A stretch of 64,000 nucleotides of DNA from Malacoraja senta (taxonomy: Eukaryota). The notes beneath the pieces were generated by a model that made no database searches, was not told the DNA's origin, and was given only the letters and a program-made list of their open reading frames with translations. The position numbers and the translations under genes are program-made. Where the stretch lies: the NCBI GenBank assembly GCA_038087875.1, contig CM075986.1, positions 15,996,001-16,060,000 of the forward strand, given 5' to 3'. Below are positions 60,670 through 64,000 of the stretch, piece by piece. Positions within the stretch are counted from its first letter, which is position 1. Each line of letters begins with the position of its first letter.

Positions 60670-60856
60670 GTGTATGAAGGAACTGTAGATGTTGGTTTAT
60701 ACCGAAGATAGACATAAAGTGCTGGAGTAGTTCAACGGGTCAGGCAGCATCTCTGGAGACAAAGGATGGGTGACGTTTCAGGTCAGGACCCTTCTTCAGG
60801 CCTGTCCATACCCTGCCTGACCCATTGAATTACGCCAGCGCTTTGTGTCTATCTTC
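60670..60856 (-). mobile_element. Penelope-derived fold-back element
   Basis: Minus-strand core CTGAAGAAGGGTCCTGACCTGAAACGTC at 60799-60772, with an inverted arm at 60813-60856. Confidence 0.7.
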
Positions 60857-62926
60857 TAGCTGCAAATAGAACTTTGGCTGCTGAACTTGTTCAATCACAG
60901 CATGGTCTCTGACACAATCAACACTGTGCGTTTAAACCATTTTGAGGCTGGAGGTTTAGCCAGGGTGTTGAATGGTTGTACAGTAGATATTGAAGCAGGC
61001 TTCCCTGCCTGATTTGCCTCTCAGGCTAATGCAGTGAATGCCCTCTGGTAGTTACAACAGTACCTGTAGCAGGGCCCATCTGATGCTTTAAGGAGATGAG
61101 TGCCACTGGAGCCTGTGGGAAGTAGAAGTACGGTGGGGAAAAGGGCCACAGGTCTGAGGCTGATTGAGTGTACAAGACTTTGAATGCATCTTCGCTAGGG
61201 TTCTACAAAGTGATGTCACATGCCTTGCCCCCCTTCCTTCAGTGATTCTGCCGTTAGTGGGAGTTGTGTGTGGCTGTGAGTCTGATCACGGACAAGGTCA
61301 CAAGTGCTTACACAGTGCATTGTGGAATTAGAATTGTGATTATTGTGCTCTCTGGATCACTGACCCACATTGGATAAGGGGCAGACACAGACTGAAATGC
61401 AGTGACGAGCATTCTAAATAACTGCATTGTAAATTTGCAAGTAGCTGCTAAACGCCGTCGTGGGATAAAGTAAAGACTGTTCCCAGGCCTGTCAGTTGCA
61501 CAGTTTCCAGGGCTGAGCATCTGTGGGCTTCAACTCTGGAGAAAGGGGAGAAGGAGACTAGAGATATGGAAGGGTAAAGTGTGAAAACGAGAGATCAAAG
61601 AGGATGAAGTTCATGGATTATGTAGAATGGATTATGTGTGGGTGATGCATTTGTCTCTCATTCCTGCAGTCTGAAGCCTTCACAACTAATTGCTTCATTG
61701 TAGCAAGGCGCGTGGAGCTTGGATAAATCATTGCCACCAAGACATCTTGCCAGAAGATGGAATCAGAGCAAGTTAAGGTTCAAAGGAATATTGGACAAGA
61801 AATGTTGTCATCAATATCTCCACTGTGTAGCATTAAAGAGAAACATTGGGATAGGTTTCAAATATAGATCTTTCAGTCTGAAGAAGGGTTCACCCTGAAA
61901 CAAAACCTATTCTTTTTCTCCAGAGATGCTGCCTGACCCACTGAGTTACTCCAGCATTTTGTGTCTATCTTTGGTATAAACAGGTGTCTAAAGTTTCTTC
62001 CTATGCAGATGGTTCTCATCGTGTAGTTTTGCTCTACATTGAAGTAACCAAATGCAATGAGATTATCACTTTGCAGAATGGGCTCTCTTCAGTCTGCAAT
62101 GAGTTCCCTCAGCTCCCAGTAGTTAATTTTCCATCCCAATCCCTCTCACCGCCTCTGGTTTTTACCCTACTCCAGCAAGATGTAAAGTAAGGTTGAGAAT
62201 GGCAACAGACACGGTAAGCCCAGGGGACTCAATGGTGAATTGAACAATATCATGGACCATTCTTTCCTGCTGGAGTCACTACCAGCCAGTGTCCACAGTT
62301 CCAGCACCTTGGTTGGTCACTCTCTTTTTGTGTTCTCCTTCTAATTACACTTCCCCCAGAGAGATCATCTATGAGTAACAAGCCTCCCTCAGCCAGCATC
62401 ACCACTTCCTGTTCATCCAGTTTCTCTTGGACTCCACCCTTTGAGCGCTTTGATCCACAATCCATTCCTCTTCTGTGTAACTGAATACCTGTTTTCAAAC
62501 CTTACCTACTTTTGAGAGAAGGCCATTGACGTGAACTTTCCTCTGTTTCATTTGTTGTCCCACCCGCTAAATTCTTAGCATTTTCTATTCTTATCTTTAG
62601 CTCTTTGATTTGATTTGCTGATATCTTGTTCATTCCCTTCCTTTTTTGACAACTACACTTTTGATATTGCCCCAGGTTTTATGCTGTTCCCAGTGTCTCA
62701 CGTAAGCTTCCCCAGTTGGCTGCATCCCACCCTCCTGTCATCCTTTACCCCCCTTTCCTTTGTGCAGACATATTTACCCTGAACTTCTTGATTTCCCTTC
62801 TTAAAATTGTTTCAAGTCCATTTTACTGGTCTTCTAAATCACTTCCCAGTTGAGTACAATTGGTTGGTTCCAGTTCAGATCCTGCACTCTATCCTTTTCT
62901 AAAAGAAGCCAGTTTATGGTCACGCC

Positions 62927-62992
62927 ACAAACCTACACTCCCCTGATGACAAACCTACACTCCCCTGATGACAAACCTACACTCCCCTGATG
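62927..62992. repeat. Perfect 22-bp x3 tandem repeat ACAAACCTACACTCCCCTGATG
   Basis: Three identical adjacent units. Confidence 0.9.
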
Positions 62993-63254
62993 CTCTGACC
63001 ATCTACCCAGCTTCATTCCTTAAAATTACATTCAGGATTGCACATTTTTACTGGAGCAAAAAACAAACCACTGAAGAGGGTCAAGCAGCATCTGTGGAGG
63101 CAAAGGAATGGCTGAGATATTGGATCAAAGCCCTGCATCAGGATTTTTTGCTCCAGATTCCAGTATCGGCAGTCTCCTACGTCTCTATTGCTTGCTTTCT
63201 TGTTGAGCAAACTTCAAACTAATGAATCATATTCACCTGAGTGTGCAGCCATAG

Positions 63255-63980
63255 TCGGACAGCATGGAACCAGGTCCTCCAGTCCATTGCGACCATGCTG
63301 ACCAAGGTACCTACCTGGGTCAATTTTCCATGTATCCATCCAAGTGTCTTTTAAACATTGTAATTTGTACCCGCCTCTGCTACTTCCACTGGTAGTCTGT
63401 TCCATGTGTACACCATCCTTTGTGTAAAAATATTGCCCCTCAGGTTCCCATGAAATCTTTCCCCTTTCATCTTAAACCTGTGTCCCTTTGTTTATGGTTC
63501 TTCTACCTTGAGGAAAAGTATGACCATTCACATAACCTGTACCCCGACATAAGGTCACCCCATAGTCTCAAACATTCCAGGGGAAAAAACCCCATCCTAT
63601 CCAGTCTCTCCTTATAACTCAAGCCCTCCACTCCTGGTAACATTGTTGTAAACCTCTTCTGCACCTTTTCCAGTTTAATGACATCTTTCCTACAACTATG
63701 TGACCAGAGATGCACACGATACTCCAAGTGTGATCTCACCAACATTTCTCAATAGGACTTGCAACATGAGGTCCTAACTCATGCACTCGATGCCCCGACT
63801 GATGATGACGAGCATGCCAAACACATTCTTCACCACCCTGGCAATCTGTGTCACCACTTCCATGGAACTATGTACTTGTACCCCTAGGAGTCTCCAATCA
63901 AATCACTTTCCTGGACCCTGTCATCTTACTGTGTAAGTCCTACTCTGGTTTACCTTACTAAAATGCATCACTTCACACAT
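63255..63980 (-). mobile_element. CR1 LINE 3' fragment
   Basis: ORF 63503-63745 (LVRSHLEYRVHLWSHSCRKDVIKLEKVQKRFTTMLPGVEGLSYKERLDRMGFFPLE). Confidence 0.85.
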
Positions 63981-64000
63981 CAGATAATGAGGTTTGGCTG

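Overview
Vertebrate genomic DNA. The repeat content (HE1-like V-SINEs, CR1, Rex1/Babar and Penelope relics) points to a cartilaginous fish, probably a skate or ray; this is an inference. Two complete protein-coding genes lie on the + strand, each with GT-AG exon models read from the sequence. TACO1 has a putative non-coding exon 1 in an NRF1-motif CpG island and 5 coding exons at 7325-11940 (310 aa). DCAF7/WDR68 has 6 coding exons at 15665-32537 (342 aa) and a probable ~6.8 kb 3' UTR. A third CpG island at ~55900-56600 has a TATA/Inr arrangement and a candidate first coding exon of a gene I cannot identify. The rest is mostly transposon debris. The most notable repeat family is a set of short Penelope-derived fold-back elements with their own 14-17 bp target-site duplications and a minimal hammerhead-ribozyme-like core whose helix I looks weak. 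Also present are two Harbinger-type MITEs with internal motif arrays, a non-autonomous Helitron with a GC-rich promoter-like interior in DCAF7 intron 1, a hAT MITE and two adjacent L1-type insertions. Repeat boundaries not anchored by a TSD or TIR are approximate, and no database searches were run.
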